From the IMG/VR virus record IMGVR_UViG_3300045988_173425, positions 36,970-100,969 of that record: a stretch of 64,000 nucleotides of DNA. One strand, 5' to 3'. Under the pieces are notes generated by a model, which ran no database searches, was not told the origin of the DNA, and worked only from the letters and a program-made list of their open reading frames with translations. Positions 42,804 to 53,081 of this stretch are shown piece by piece. This DNA comes from a virus. Position 1 is the stretch's first letter. The number at the start of each line of letters is the position of its first letter. A program made the translations under genes and the position numbers.

Positions 42804-43504
42804 AAGTAGACGCCCTTATACTGCCCGAGGTGATAATCGCCCGCGTGTTGAACGCTATCGTGAAAATGATACGCGACGACATTGCACTCACCGTACCACA
42901 AGACGTCAAGAACACCATACTTTACCAGCTGTTGGGTGAAAACGAGGACGGACAACCCATCCGCATGAATGCCTATAACTATTTCCGGCAGGCGGTAAAG
43001 ATATTTTCTAATCCGGCGAATTTGGAGGTCCATTTAGGATACAATCCTCAGGTGACGACCGCCCTCGCCGTTCACATCATTTTGCCCGGCGAACAAGCCT
43101 CAAATGCCCCATTAGGCGAGGGGCAGGAATGGGACGCTGACGCGGACCAGTTCATGTACACGCAGTGGATGGACGCACAGTATCAAATTCTCATCACGTC
43201 GGATAACTCTTCCGAGGCTATGATAGCCTACAACGTATTGAAAGCCATGCTGCTGATGTACGCTCCAAACCTCGATTTAGTGGGGTTACGCATTCCGCGC
43301 GTATCAGGCGGCGATATAATCCTTCAACAGGATATAATTCCGCCAACAGTATTCCACAAGGCACTCACACTGGCGTTCAAATACGAGGTTACAGTTCCAA
43401 CAAGATTGCGTGCCCAAGTCGTAAAGGCCATCAGCTACAATTATAACATTTGCGACCCGTTTGACGGTGAAAACGTAATTCCCGGCGACGGTAAAACTGA
43501 ATAA
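42800..43504 (+). CDS. hypothetical virion protein (234 aa), tail-completion region by position
   Basis: ATGA overlap. Immediately upstream of the sheath gene. Confidence 0.65.
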   Translation: MKVDALILPEVIIARVLNAIVKMIRDDIALTVPQDVKNTILYQLLGENEDGQPIRMNAYNYFRQAVKIFSNPANLEVHLGYNPQVTTALAVHIILPGEQASNAPLGEGQEWDADADQFMYTQWMDAQYQILITSDNSSEAMIAYNVLKAMLLMYAPNLDLVGLRIPRVSGGDIILQQDIIPPTVFHKALTLAFKYEVTVPTRLRAQVVKAISYNYNICDPFDGENVIPGDGKTE

Positions 43505-43534
43505 ATACCAAAAACTTTCTAAACATACAACATT

Positions 43535-45220
43535 ATGAGTACTGTGGTAACGATGAATGGCAAAACCTACGTTGAGCCTGGTTCGTACGCAATCACCGTC
43601 TATCAGCCTACTTCGGTAGTCAACGTGGCTTCGTTTGGCCGCGTGATGATTATCGACACGGGCCTCTCTCAGGAGAAGGTGGGCGATGCAACGTACGAAT
43701 TCGCAGGCGGCGCGGGTATTGCCGGCGTTGACGCTTCCGGGCGCAAGGCCATTTACAGTTTCGAGAACTTCGAAGACTTCTCGGACTTCATGGGTGGCGG
43801 CATGATCACCGACATCGCTGAAAAGCTATTCACGCCGATCGACGGTGCGCTGGGTACGCCGCGCCTGTACTACACCCGCGCAGCAAAGACCACTCCGGCA
43901 ACTCTTACTATCGGCTCCGGCGCCAATTCTATCGTACTGACCTGCTTGAATGAAGGTGCGGTGGGTAACGGCGTGGCTGAAGGCGATATGAGTGAACTGT
44001 CGAACGGCACGCTGGAAAACCTCAAGGTCGGCTACGCTTTGGCCATCAAGGCTGGCGTTGACGACACGTCGAAGTTTATCGCCACTATTTATCGTGGTAA
44101 CTACCGCGGTACGGACGCTGCTGGCGAGCCTTATGGCACTTACACGCTGGAACAGGCCTATGGCGAGATGGTAGCCCAGTCGGGTGAAATCAGCACTTAC
44201 GACGAACTTTACAACTGGCTGATCACTTCGTCGATGGTTATGGCCAATTTCCGTCCGTCGAAAGGCGCAAGTTTCGCAGGCGCTACGGCTGTTGCGGCTA
44301 TGGAGCCTACAACCTTCGCTGGCGGCAACACCTCGTATCAGGGTGCAAAAGGCGAGAACGAGTATTACCCCGACGTGTTGGAAGCGATCCGCGAACTGGA
44401 GGTCACGTTCTTCCTGTGTACGGATTACGGAGTCGCCAACGGAATGAAGGCTTCTTCCAACGGTAAACTGTTCACCTTCCTCAAGAACGATGCCAAGTTC
44501 GACGAGTTCATGTTTGTAGCCGGAGGCGAAGGTAAGACCGATCTGCTCACGACCAATACCGTCACGCAGACTTCGCAGGCGCTGGCCGTACACTACAACG
44601 ACGAAAAGGTCATCATCATCCACGGGTCGCCTACTGTAGCGCGTAAAGACGGCAACGGCACCAAGAACCTGCCGTCGATCTATCTCGCCGCTGCTATCAT
44701 GGGTCTTAACGCAGGTCTGGCCGCTCAAACTCCGGTAACGTTCAAGCGTGTGGGGTATGACGCCTACGCCTACGACCTTACGTTCAGCGAGCGTGTCAAG
44801 GCTCTTCAGGCTGGCATTATGCACGTCCGTGAGGTATCGGGATATTACCGCGTCAATCAGGGCATCACGTCGCTTCAGAACAACAAGCAGACTATCGCCG
44901 AAGACGGTCAGACGTTTGAGTTGTCGATCGCCCTTATCAAGGCTCAACTCAACAAGGAACTGATCCTCGAAGGACAGACGCGCTTTACCGGCAACACCGC
45001 TGCTCAGGCTTCGCCCAATACCGTGAAGGACTTCACCGAAACCAAACTCACGTCGCTTGTAGCCAAGGTCGGCGACGACAACCTGATCATCTCGTGGAAG
45101 AACGTGAAGGTTTCAGCCAAGAACGGTGACTATAAAGTCACCTACGACTTCGTCCCCAACGTTCCGGTCAACAAGACGTTCTTCGTTGGTAACATGCTCG
45201 ACTATGTTTTTAACTCGTAA
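43535..45220 (+). CDS. tail sheath protein
   Basis: 561-aa ORF followed by a 166-aa tube-sized gene, a chaperone pair and a tape measure, the canonical contractile-tail order. Confidence 0.7.
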   Translation: MSTVVTMNGKTYVEPGSYAITVYQPTSVVNVASFGRVMIIDTGLSQEKVGDATYEFAGGAGIAGVDASGRKAIYSFENFEDFSDFMGGGMITDIAEKLFTPIDGALGTPRLYYTRAAKTTPATLTIGSGANSIVLTCLNEGAVGNGVAEGDMSELSNGTLENLKVGYALAIKAGVDDTSKFIATIYRGNYRGTDAAGEPYGTYTLEQAYGEMVAQSGEISTYDELYNWLITSSMVMANFRPSKGASFAGATAVAAMEPTTFAGGNTSYQGAKGENEYYPDVLEAIRELEVTFFLCTDYGVANGMKASSNGKLFTFLKNDAKFDEFMFVAGGEGKTDLLTTNTVTQTSQALAVHYNDEKVIIIHGSPTVARKDGNGTKNLPSIYLAAAIMGLNAGLAAQTPVTFKRVGYDAYAYDLTFSERVKALQAGIMHVREVSGYYRVNQGITSLQNNKQTIAEDGQTFELSIALIKAQLNKELILEGQTRFTGNTAAQASPNTVKDFTETKLTSLVAKVGDDNLIISWKNVKVSAKNGDYKVTYDFVPNVPVNKTFFVGNMLDYVFNS

Positions 45221-45239
45221 TTAAAGAAAGGAGCGCTAT

Positions 45240-45740
45240 ATGTCGAATAAGAGAGTAATGACTGCGCCGCTTGCGATTATCCGCATCAACAGCGTCGCCG
45301 TCGGTAAAATGAAGAACGTCCGTGTTACGGAGAACATCCGCCGCGGACGGGTCGTGGGCCTCGGTAGCCTCACCCCCAGTGAGGTTCCGGCGGTGGAATG
45401 GAGCGGCTCGCTGAGTTGCAGTTCGTATTCCATCAACTTCAACCGCCTGGCCAACGTGTCCCGGAAAGGCACCTTCCGCCAGACTACCAGCATTGAAGAG
45501 TGGGCCAACGCCATTCTCCTGCAGGAGGAAGGGCTGGAGTTCGCTATTCAGCGTAAGGTTAAGGACGGCGAAATCGACCCTGAAACCGGACTTGTAAAGG
45601 CCACCTACGAAACGTTCGCTCTGGTGAAGGGAGCGTTCGCTACGCGCGAGGGCTTTGACATCCAAGAGGGGCAGATCTCGGGTCGCGATACCGAGTTCGA
45701 GTACATCAATCCGATCCTCTTTGACGGTATCAGCGAATAG
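45240..45740 (+). CDS. tail tube protein
   Basis: 166 aa, directly after the sheath. Preceded by an AAAGGAG Shine-Dalgarno-like sequence and followed by a strong hairpin. Confidence 0.65.
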   Translation: MSNKRVMTAPLAIIRINSVAVGKMKNVRVTENIRRGRVVGLGSLTPSEVPAVEWSGSLSCSSYSINFNRLANVSRKGTFRQTTSIEEWANAILLQEEGLEFAIQRKVKDGEIDPETGLVKATYETFALVKGAFATREGFDIQEGQISGRDTEFEYINPILFDGISE

Positions 45741-45768
45741 AACCGCCGCTATATACCAACCCCAAGTA

Positions 45769-45806
45769 TAAAGAGAGTGCCGTGGAAAGCCCGTGGCGCT
45801 CTCTTT
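45769..45806 (+). terminator. hairpin (attenuator/terminator) after the tube gene
   Basis: AAAGAGAGTGCCGTGG-AAAG-CCCGTGGCGCTCTCTTT, with three G-U pairs. It covers the GTG start that the track proposed at 45777. Confidence 0.55.
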
Positions 45807-45830
45807 ATTGTTAAACAAAATAGTCTAAAA

Positions 45831-46244
45831 ATGGAAGATTACATGAAACAACTTTCCGAGGTAAAGGCTGTTGAATTCCGTGGCACGAAACTCAACGTCA
45901 AGTTCCCTAACGTCGGTGAGATGATCGACATCGAGAATCTCAAAACCGCGTACTCTGGCGGGCGTTACGGCGTGATGCTGGCGAGTGGCGTGAAGAGTAT
46001 GATCTACGCCGTTGACGTCATCGACGCCATGGCCTTCATCGAAATCAAACTCAAGGCCGTTCGTAACATGCTCAACATCCCCGAGGGGCAGTCGCTGATG
46101 AGCGTTGATTCAGCGTTGGCGTCGGAACTGACGGCGTGGTACAAGCAGCAAATTGCCCCGTGGTACAACTCGATGATGTCGAAACTGTATGAGGCAGGAA
46201 ATGCCCAGCCGTCTCTCCACAAAAAGGGCGGAGCCGACGCTTAA
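45831..46244 (+). CDS. tail assembly chaperone (G-like)
   Basis: Start set at the ATG after the hairpin. Lies between the tube and tape measure, and its 3' end overlaps the next ORF. Confidence 0.55.
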   Translation: MEDYMKQLSEVKAVEFRGTKLNVKFPNVGEMIDIENLKTAYSGGRYGVMLASGVKSMIYAVDVIDAMAFIEIKLKAVRNMLNIPEGQSLMSVDSALASELTAWYKQQIAPWYNSMMSKLYEAGNAQPSLHKKGGADA

Positions 46245-46524
46245 TGACGCTCTCGACAACGGCGTCGAGCGTTGGTTGAAAAGGTTCCCGATTGATCTTT
46301 GGTGGCGGAGAAAGTACAACGTGGCTTACGGTTCGCCGCAACACCGGGCGATGAGTTTCTTTGATCAGCTACAAGAGTATCGCGAAGAACTGACACTCCA
46401 ACGCTTGATACGCGAACATCAAGAGCGAGAGGCTATGGGCGACGGCTACGATTCGCGTGTTCTGAAAATGAGCCAAGAAGAGATCGACGAGGACTACGAC
46501 AATATCAACTTGGATGACTTTTAA
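46189..46524 (+). CDS. overlapping ORF downstream of the chaperone (independent gene or frameshift extension, GT-like)
   Basis: In the +1 frame relative to 45831-46244. That frame is open from 46177, and the overlap contains CAC-AAA-AAG-GGC. Confidence 0.5.
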   Translation: MRQEMPSRLSTKRAEPTLNDALDNGVERWLKRFPIDLWWRRKYNVAYGSPQHRAMSFFDQLQEYREELTLQRLIREHQEREAMGDGYDSRVLKMSQEEIDEDYDNINLDDF

Positions 46525-46535
46525 CGCAAACAACA

Positions 46536-48605
46536 ATGGCCGAAAGGGACATAACAGTTAACATCAACGGTAACGGCTCAGGAGGTACAGGTTCGCCTAC
46601 CACGCCTCCTGAACCAATTACCGGAGGTGATGACGCGCGGTTGAGTGCGTCAGTTTCAGAACTCGTTACAGAGATTCGTAATGCCTTATCTCAAGGAAAT
46701 GGCCCGGCGGTCGGTCAAAGCGGCTTCAAAGGTTATCTTGATGATGTTGGACGTAGCATCGTCACCCAGCGTCAGGCTGAAATCCGAAACCGTTTCGACC
46801 TCACGCGAGAAGAGAACTTCGGCCGTTATTCAGAGGAGATAGAAAAACTTGACGCCGAACGCGCTGCTCGCGTAAACCGCTATTCTTTCTCGCCTGACGG
46901 TACGCTGTATAACCCCGAAGGCAAGGCCCTCCCGACGGGCGCAGGCATCAGCAGTGACCTCGACAAGTGGTATAACGTCCGCCGTCAGCAAATAGACGAG
47001 CAATACGGAGGAATTGACGAGCGTTTAGCCTCTGAAGAAGAAAGTGAACGTGCGTCAGTAGAACGCGAAATGGTGGACGCCTTACGGACCGTTGCGGAGG
47101 CGTTACGAAACGAATCGCGTGAGAAGTCATCCGGTAGCGAAGATTCCTACATGGGCCGCCTCCGCTTACAGCGGAAAGAGCTGGTCGATGACATGGAACG
47201 CGCCGTTGGCGAAGACGACTTCGTTGCAGCGCGTCGTCGGCTTCAAGAGTTCGATCAGCGTCAGGCTGCTGCCGGTAACGGCGATCTGTTTGAAAATATC
47301 ACCAACGCGCGTCTTGCTACGTCGGGCGCCAGTATGTTGACCTCGGCCGCCAGCGGCAATCTCACTGGAGTAGGAATGGGTGCTGCTGGATTAGGAGCTG
47401 CAGCCCTTGGAATTCCTATTGCGGGCATTATCGCCGCAGCGGTTATCGCTGCCGTGGGGCAAACTGTTGTAGCTACGACGAACCGCATCGAAGCTATGGG
47501 TGATATTGCCGCCATACGAGGTATTTGGGGTGGCAATACCGGTAACGCCGCACTCCGCAACGCTACGGCTACCGTGATCAATGCCCGTACCCAAGGAGCC
47601 TACGGCGAAGAGATCACCCGTCGCCAGTTAGGATTGGAGGATGCTGAATTTATGCAGCGGGCGTTGGCGCTCATGACTACTTCCGGTGTACTGGCCAACT
47701 GGGAAAACCGGACGTTCTACAGCTACGCCAACGAAAGCCAGTTCAACCTTCGCGAAGGCAGTGTTGCTCAAGCATCGCGATACGACCGTTACGGGCTGGA
47801 ATCTAACACGGCTATTGCGCGGCTGGCCTACGAACTCGAACGCCTCAACGACGAGGGTGTCAATACGGGCATTGGCGGCGATTTAGGATACATCCGCATG
47901 CAGGAGCGCTTCGATATTCAACAGCAGTTGATGGGGCGCTACTACTCCATGTACAATCGCCCGAGTTACGAAGTGGCCAACGCTACCCAAGCGGCGTATT
48001 CTGCTGCCATGGACCCGCGATTCATTCAAGACGGCCGATTGGGCGACCTAATAGCCAAGTTGGATTCAGCGATAGGCAACCCCCAGTCTGAAACCATGCA
48101 GGCTATTTCGTTTGACGCTTTACGCACCTACGGATCGCAGTACGGAATTGGCAGTTTCAACAACCTGCAGATGCAGCACGTGTTACGAACCCCACAAACC
48201 TTTAGAATTAGCGAAGCCGAGCGCAACTCGATGATTATTCGTCATGTTGCTGACATGGCAGGCATTCCTGAAGAAGAGCGCGGCGATTGGAGTGCATTCT
48301 TTGGGTCGCCTGTGTTCTTGGACTATGCTGATATGTTGGGGCTGAACTACGAAGAAATGGCGCAAACGATTCCCGGCTTGGCTACTGGGGAAACAGCACG
48401 CCAATATGGCCGTTCGCGTCAGACTATGCGCCGCAACGCTACTGAATCGCATTACGGTATGCTGCAAAATGTAAGCGACTATTCACAGTTCCGGACTGCC
48501 GTTGGCAAGATCATCAGCGCTGCTGAAGAGTTCAGCACTCAACTGGGAAGCGCTGTGGCAGGTTACAACATCGAAGAAAACGAAGTTCACCCCGGTTTAC
48601 AATGA
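46536..48605 (+). CDS. tape measure protein
   Basis: 689 aa. Helical and charged, with a central Gly/Ala hydrophobic stretch (GVGMGAAGLGAAALGIPIAGIIAAAVIAAVG). Position after the chaperones. Confidence 0.75.
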   Translation: MAERDITVNINGNGSGGTGSPTTPPEPITGGDDARLSASVSELVTEIRNALSQGNGPAVGQSGFKGYLDDVGRSIVTQRQAEIRNRFDLTREENFGRYSEEIEKLDAERAARVNRYSFSPDGTLYNPEGKALPTGAGISSDLDKWYNVRRQQIDEQYGGIDERLASEEESERASVEREMVDALRTVAEALRNESREKSSGSEDSYMGRLRLQRKELVDDMERAVGEDDFVAARRRLQEFDQRQAAAGNGDLFENITNARLATSGASMLTSAASGNLTGVGMGAAGLGAAALGIPIAGIIAAAVIAAVGQTVVATTNRIEAMGDIAAIRGIWGGNTGNAALRNATATVINARTQGAYGEEITRRQLGLEDAEFMQRALALMTTSGVLANWENRTFYSYANESQFNLREGSVAQASRYDRYGLESNTAIARLAYELERLNDEGVNTGIGGDLGYIRMQERFDIQQQLMGRYYSMYNRPSYEVANATQAAYSAAMDPRFIQDGRLGDLIAKLDSAIGNPQSETMQAISFDALRTYGSQYGIGSFNNLQMQHVLRTPQTFRISEAERNSMIIRHVADMAGIPEEERGDWSAFFGSPVFLDYADMLGLNYEEMAQTIPGLATGETARQYGRSRQTMRRNATESHYGMLQNVSDYSQFRTAVGKIISAAEEFSTQLGSAVAGYNIEENEVHPGLQ

Positions 48606-49897
48606 TAGAAACAAAAGGATACATCGATATCATACACGACCAGAAGAGCGTGGCGACTATGAAGGACTTCATAGCCTTCTATCATATTGACGAAATAACG
48701 CCTGAAAAGCTATTCGACGATAATCGTGAAAATATCTTTGCGGCGATGTCGTGGCTGGATAAGTGTTCTTACATGGTTCAGCACGGCATGACTGGTGCCG
48801 CTGATACGCTCACGCCCGACAAGTTAGACCCCGAAATGACGTTACCGCGATTTGCCAAAATACGGGTCTATTATACAAACGTCCGCCAAGAAGACGTTCT
48901 ATACATCAGCAACGTCAAGGCCAAGATCGCCGATTACGCAAAGTGGTTTGACGAAAGATTGCTTGAAATAACGGACTCAAACGGTTTCCGGAGCGAAGGT
49001 AACGTCGTAACGAAGGAATATCGCAAAATGGCCCCTAACATTCGCGTGTGCGGGTGGTTCAAGGCGTTGGACTTCTTGCCGAACTATCGAGGCGCTGACA
49101 CGATAACCTCGACCGTGCGCGACATATCACGCTACGTTGGAGCCATGACAGTGAATACCACCAAAAACGGCGGCAACTTCACCTTCAGTCTTCCGCATAT
49201 TGCCGTTGAAAAGATAGTTCGCGGTAAGTCCGGGCTGTACGAAGATACGATTGTTTCAGCAGAAATCGAAAATAAGTCGTATTACAAAACCGCATTCGCT
49301 GACGACACATCCCGAAACGAAGACGATTATTTCAACTGGTTAATTTCGCCAAATGATTTGATATTCCTGCGTTTCGAAAAGACCGTTGAAGAAATAAACG
49401 ACGATTTAAACAACCGCACTGGAGAACCTCAACTCCACGGCGACGTGTGGGATATGATAGGCTTGGTAGATTCAGTTTCAATATCTACCGACGCGCAGGG
49501 TACGGCATCTAACGTGACGGTGAAGGGGCGCGACCTGATGAAACTGCTGATCGATGACGGCTCGTTCTTCTTTCCTATTGCCATGGACCTTGGGGCGCGT
49601 GAACTATTCGCCAACGCTTCAGGGGTTTCCGTTACCAGCGGCGGCGACGGATTAGGAGTCCAAATCAACTGCAAGAATGCCTTGAATCGCCTTATGGGGC
49701 GAAGTGTCAGTGGTAATATACTCCCCTTCAGAGGCAGTATGTTTACCTTGGAATTTGTGTTGAAAGAAGTCATCAACTGGCTATCAAACATAGCTATTGC
49801 CCCTGACTACCTTTTCACTCCTTGGGGTGATGAGCGTACTACGATGATGGATATTGAGCCGCCTGCTCCGGAGAACCCTAAAAAGAACGTAAAATGA
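48602..49897 (+). CDS. tail/baseplate protein (431 aa)
   Basis: ATGA overlap with the tape measure gene. Function assigned from position only. Confidence 0.6.
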   Translation: MIETKGYIDIIHDQKSVATMKDFIAFYHIDEITPEKLFDDNRENIFAAMSWLDKCSYMVQHGMTGAADTLTPDKLDPEMTLPRFAKIRVYYTNVRQEDVLYISNVKAKIADYAKWFDERLLEITDSNGFRSEGNVVTKEYRKMAPNIRVCGWFKALDFLPNYRGADTITSTVRDISRYVGAMTVNTTKNGGNFTFSLPHIAVEKIVRGKSGLYEDTIVSAEIENKSYYKTAFADDTSRNEDDYFNWLISPNDLIFLRFEKTVEEINDDLNNRTGEPQLHGDVWDMIGLVDSVSISTDAQGTASNVTVKGRDLMKLLIDDGSFFFPIAMDLGARELFANASGVSVTSGGDGLGVQINCKNALNRLMGRSVSGNILPFRGSMFTLEFVLKEVINWLSNIAIAPDYLFTPWGDERTTMMDIEPPAPENPKKNVK

Positions 49898-51735
49898 GTA
49901 TCGGACCTGGACTTGTACGCCGAGCGGAACAAAAAGAAAACGAATACTGGGCTTTCAAGACCTGGAGTGCCAAATGGTGCATATACGGTCAGTCGCCTTC
50001 AGCCCCGCTTGTAATTACGTCTATCGTCGGTAACAGAACGCTGTCTATCGACGGCAAAGAGGTGAAAGGTTTTCACCAAGGGCTGGATATTTCGATGCCC
50101 GTCGGTACAGGTATATATGCTCCGGTGTATTGTAAGTGCGTCCGCATAAGCCGCAATCCCGACGCTCCTTCAGGAAACTACGTTTCAGTGGTAATTCCAG
50201 CGTGGTGGTTTGGAGACGTTGGACCATTTGGCCAATTCCATACGGCCAATTTAGCAAATAACGCTTTATATCGAAACAAATGGGCCGAAGACGCCATAGC
50301 TTGCGGCGCTTACGCCACGGTGCGTTTCATGCACTTGAGCAGTATATCCAACGTCAAAGAAGGCGACTGGATGGAGCCGGGTGATCTCATAGGGCGATCA
50401 GGAAATACAGGCCGTTCTACTGGGCCGCACCTGCACTTGGATTGCGCGTTTGGAGCCGACTGGTTGAATCCGGCGCAAATGATGAGTAACTGTTACTTTT
50501 CTACTTCCAAAAAGGAATTCAACCCTTATATAACCCCATACGATCGACGGCGGTTTACTACTGATGTCGGTTCAAAACCTGTACCCGACTATCAATGGAT
50601 AATCGACTTTGTACGCTATCAAAAAGTTGACATTCCGTACGATTCCAACGCCACGGAGCCGTTGGTTCCTGATGTTAAACTCCAAAACCTTCAGGCCCAA
50701 CAACGGTTAGCGCCCGGAATTTGGCAAATAGTGAAACTTATCATTGACGAAAACGTGGCGAATCGCCAGTTGTACGATGGTACTATCACAAACCAGACTG
50801 GGCCGTTGCTTAATTGGTTCAATAAGGTTTGCCAAGAACCGTTCGTCGAGTTCATGGGTGAAACGTTTGGCGATCAGTATTACTTCATCGCTCGGCGCCC
50901 GCCCTTTGATCATGGAAGCGTGTTGAGGGCTTACAACTACGCCATTGGTGGAAGCGGTTTGTATCACGTTGTCCGAAAAGAGCAGGTCGTCGAAACTAAT
51001 TTCAGCCAAAGTATCTCAAACGCTTATTCATGGTATTATCTTCGTCCGCGTATTTCGTTTGGCGGAAATAGCAAAACTACCTACTACATCCCTGCAGTAT
51101 TCTTCCCTGAAATGGCTGCGATGTTTGGGTCACGTGCTTGTCACGTTCAGAGCAACTACTACAATGCCGTTGATACTGGCGAAGATGACATTGATAACGC
51201 CAACGAAGAGATCAGCAAGTCAGCACGAAATAACTTTGCGAAGTCGTACCTGCAAATGATGCTCGACTTGAAGTTCTTGATCGAAACGACGATCTATCTG
51301 CCGTTCACGCGCCAAGGAACTATCACACTGTATGGTTATCGCCAAATTAAGCGCGGTATGTGGATTCACTTCGCGCCAACAGACGAAATGTACTATGTCG
51401 ATGCCGTGACGAACACATTCCAGAGCGTCGGAAACAAGGTATTTCGTTCAACCGTGTTACAGGTTTCACGCGGAATGAAAGTGAGTCTAATTGATGGAAC
51501 AAACCAACGGTCATTAGGTACAGAAGATCGCGCAGGAGGGTACGCTCCTAAAGCAGGCTATTTTGGTCTTGTTGACTTTGGTTCAACCAGAGTGGGGGCT
51601 TCTTATCCTGAAAAGTGGAATGGTTTGATAGACGGTACAACTACTTTTAACGAGTGTATATCGAACATAAGAATTAATCAAACTATTTTGAATCAACTGT
51701 GTACAAAGGTAGGTTTCTTGCCTACGCAACAATAG
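49894..51735 (+). CDS. baseplate hub-type protein with M23 (LytM) peptidase domain
   Basis: GFHQGLDISMPVGTGIYAPV ... GRSGNTGRSTGPHLHLD (HxxxD and HxH motifs) in the N-terminal ~190 aa. Confidence 0.75.
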   Translation: MSIGPGLVRRAEQKENEYWAFKTWSAKWCIYGQSPSAPLVITSIVGNRTLSIDGKEVKGFHQGLDISMPVGTGIYAPVYCKCVRISRNPDAPSGNYVSVVIPAWWFGDVGPFGQFHTANLANNALYRNKWAEDAIACGAYATVRFMHLSSISNVKEGDWMEPGDLIGRSGNTGRSTGPHLHLDCAFGADWLNPAQMMSNCYFSTSKKEFNPYITPYDRRRFTTDVGSKPVPDYQWIIDFVRYQKVDIPYDSNATEPLVPDVKLQNLQAQQRLAPGIWQIVKLIIDENVANRQLYDGTITNQTGPLLNWFNKVCQEPFVEFMGETFGDQYYFIARRPPFDHGSVLRAYNYAIGGSGLYHVVRKEQVVETNFSQSISNAYSWYYLRPRISFGGNSKTTYYIPAVFFPEMAAMFGSRACHVQSNYYNAVDTGEDDIDNANEEISKSARNNFAKSYLQMMLDLKFLIETTIYLPFTRQGTITLYGYRQIKRGMWIHFAPTDEMYYVDAVTNTFQSVGNKVFRSTVLQVSRGMKVSLIDGTNQRSLGTEDRAGGYAPKAGYFGLVDFGSTRVGASYPEKWNGLIDGTTTFNECISNIRINQTILNQLCTKVGFLPTQQ

Positions 51736-51738
51736 TCC

Positions 51739-52602
51739 ATGGAAACAAAAGAATACAGACGCGCTCCGGCGCCATTTGGCGTACAAATGAACCACCTCTA
51801 TATGGGGTCTGGCGGTATAGGTTATATCGTCATACCTGAAGGAGGTGAGAATCGTGAATTGTATATCCAAAACTGCATGCGGACCAATACAGTTTCCATC
51901 CAAGGAGGTCCCGGCCGTTCGATTTACAACAATGTCCCTATTCCGCCGTCAGTGCTGGAAACCGTTGAATTTCCTGTATCTATTAACGAATTTGGAACGC
52001 CTATCGTTTGGGTACTGGATGAATACGAACAGTGGCCTATCGTGGTAAATTCGTTGGACTTGCGCAACTTCAACCAGCAGCAATACGGCCAACGAACGCT
52101 GCGCAAAGAATCTAACGGCGTTATCGCTGAAGTAAAGACCGATGCTTCTCAGGGCATCATCGACATCTATGTAAACGGCACGGAATACACTCCAGCGGAA
52201 ATAAATATTCGCGTTCAATCGACAAACGCCGATTCAAAGGTCAATATTGTTTCCGACGCTGACATAAGCGTATCTGGCGACAAGAACGTTGAAATCACCT
52301 CTGCCGCTCGTATCACGGCGCATATTGTAAATGGCGTTGATACTGAAGCGGGCATTGAAGTCGTTCTCCAAGACGACGAACTTCAATACGCCACTAAAGG
52401 TGCAAAATCGACCTTTATTGTGAAAGAGGGGAAAGCGTCATTCAACAACGGCGAAAACCGCGGTATGGTAAATATTGCACAAATTGAATCGCTGGTGCAA
52501 GCCCTCCAAAAAGACCTGCTGATCGCTTCGTCTGGTTCGAACCTTTCAACATGGATGGCAAACGAGATGCCTAAAATGGAAGACAAGAAATTATCACATT
52601 AA
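51739..52602 (+). CDS. baseplate spike/central-needle candidate (287 aa)
   Basis: Position after the hub. The C-terminal half has a repetitive beta-strand character (KVNIVSDADISVSGDKNVEITSAARITAHIV). Confidence 0.45.
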   Translation: METKEYRRAPAPFGVQMNHLYMGSGGIGYIVIPEGGENRELYIQNCMRTNTVSIQGGPGRSIYNNVPIPPSVLETVEFPVSINEFGTPIVWVLDEYEQWPIVVNSLDLRNFNQQQYGQRTLRKESNGVIAEVKTDASQGIIDIYVNGTEYTPAEINIRVQSTNADSKVNIVSDADISVSGDKNVEITSAARITAHIVNGVDTEAGIEVVLQDDELQYATKGAKSTFIVKEGKASFNNGENRGMVNIAQIESLVQALQKDLLIASSGSNLSTWMANEMPKMEDKKLSH

Positions 52603-52606
52603 CGCC

Positions 52607-53053
52607 ATGGGAAAGTTAGGAATAGACCCCTCAATGGTAATTCGCGCCACGTGTAAAGATTATATCGCTACACTCCCCGCAGAAGAGGCTGATAGCTATG
52701 TGGAAGATATGACAAAATCCGTCGGCGATTCTATCCAGCAGAAGATAGATGAGGCTGAAACGTGGTTGACCGCTGCCGAAACTTCCGGTCAAAACGCCAT
52801 TGAAGCCTGCTCCACGCTGGCGGTTCAGGCCGTATGCGCTGACCCTATGGCTGGCGTGGCGTCGGCAGGCGTTATCGCTTCAGCTAAATCGGGAGCAGCC
52901 ACAGCCAAGGCCACCGTTGCTACGGGCAATGCCGCTATTCAGCAGGTAATACGAATTGTTGGCGGTTTCATGCTACCTTTACCAGCGCCCGTTACCGCTG
53001 CTGCTCAACTGCTGGCTTCGGCCGATGCAGCGCTGTCTGCACTGCCCTTGTAA
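52607..53053 (+). CDS. hypothetical baseplate-region protein (148 aa, Ala-rich)
   Basis: ATG ORF, co-directional. Confidence 0.6.
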   Translation: MGKLGIDPSMVIRATCKDYIATLPAEEADSYVEDMTKSVGDSIQQKIDEAETWLTAAETSGQNAIEACSTLAVQAVCADPMAGVASAGVIASAKSGAATAKATVATGNAAIQQVIRIVGGFMLPLPAPVTAAAQLLASADAALSALPL

Positions 53054-53081
53054 CAAGTATAATTGATGTAAATTTACGACG

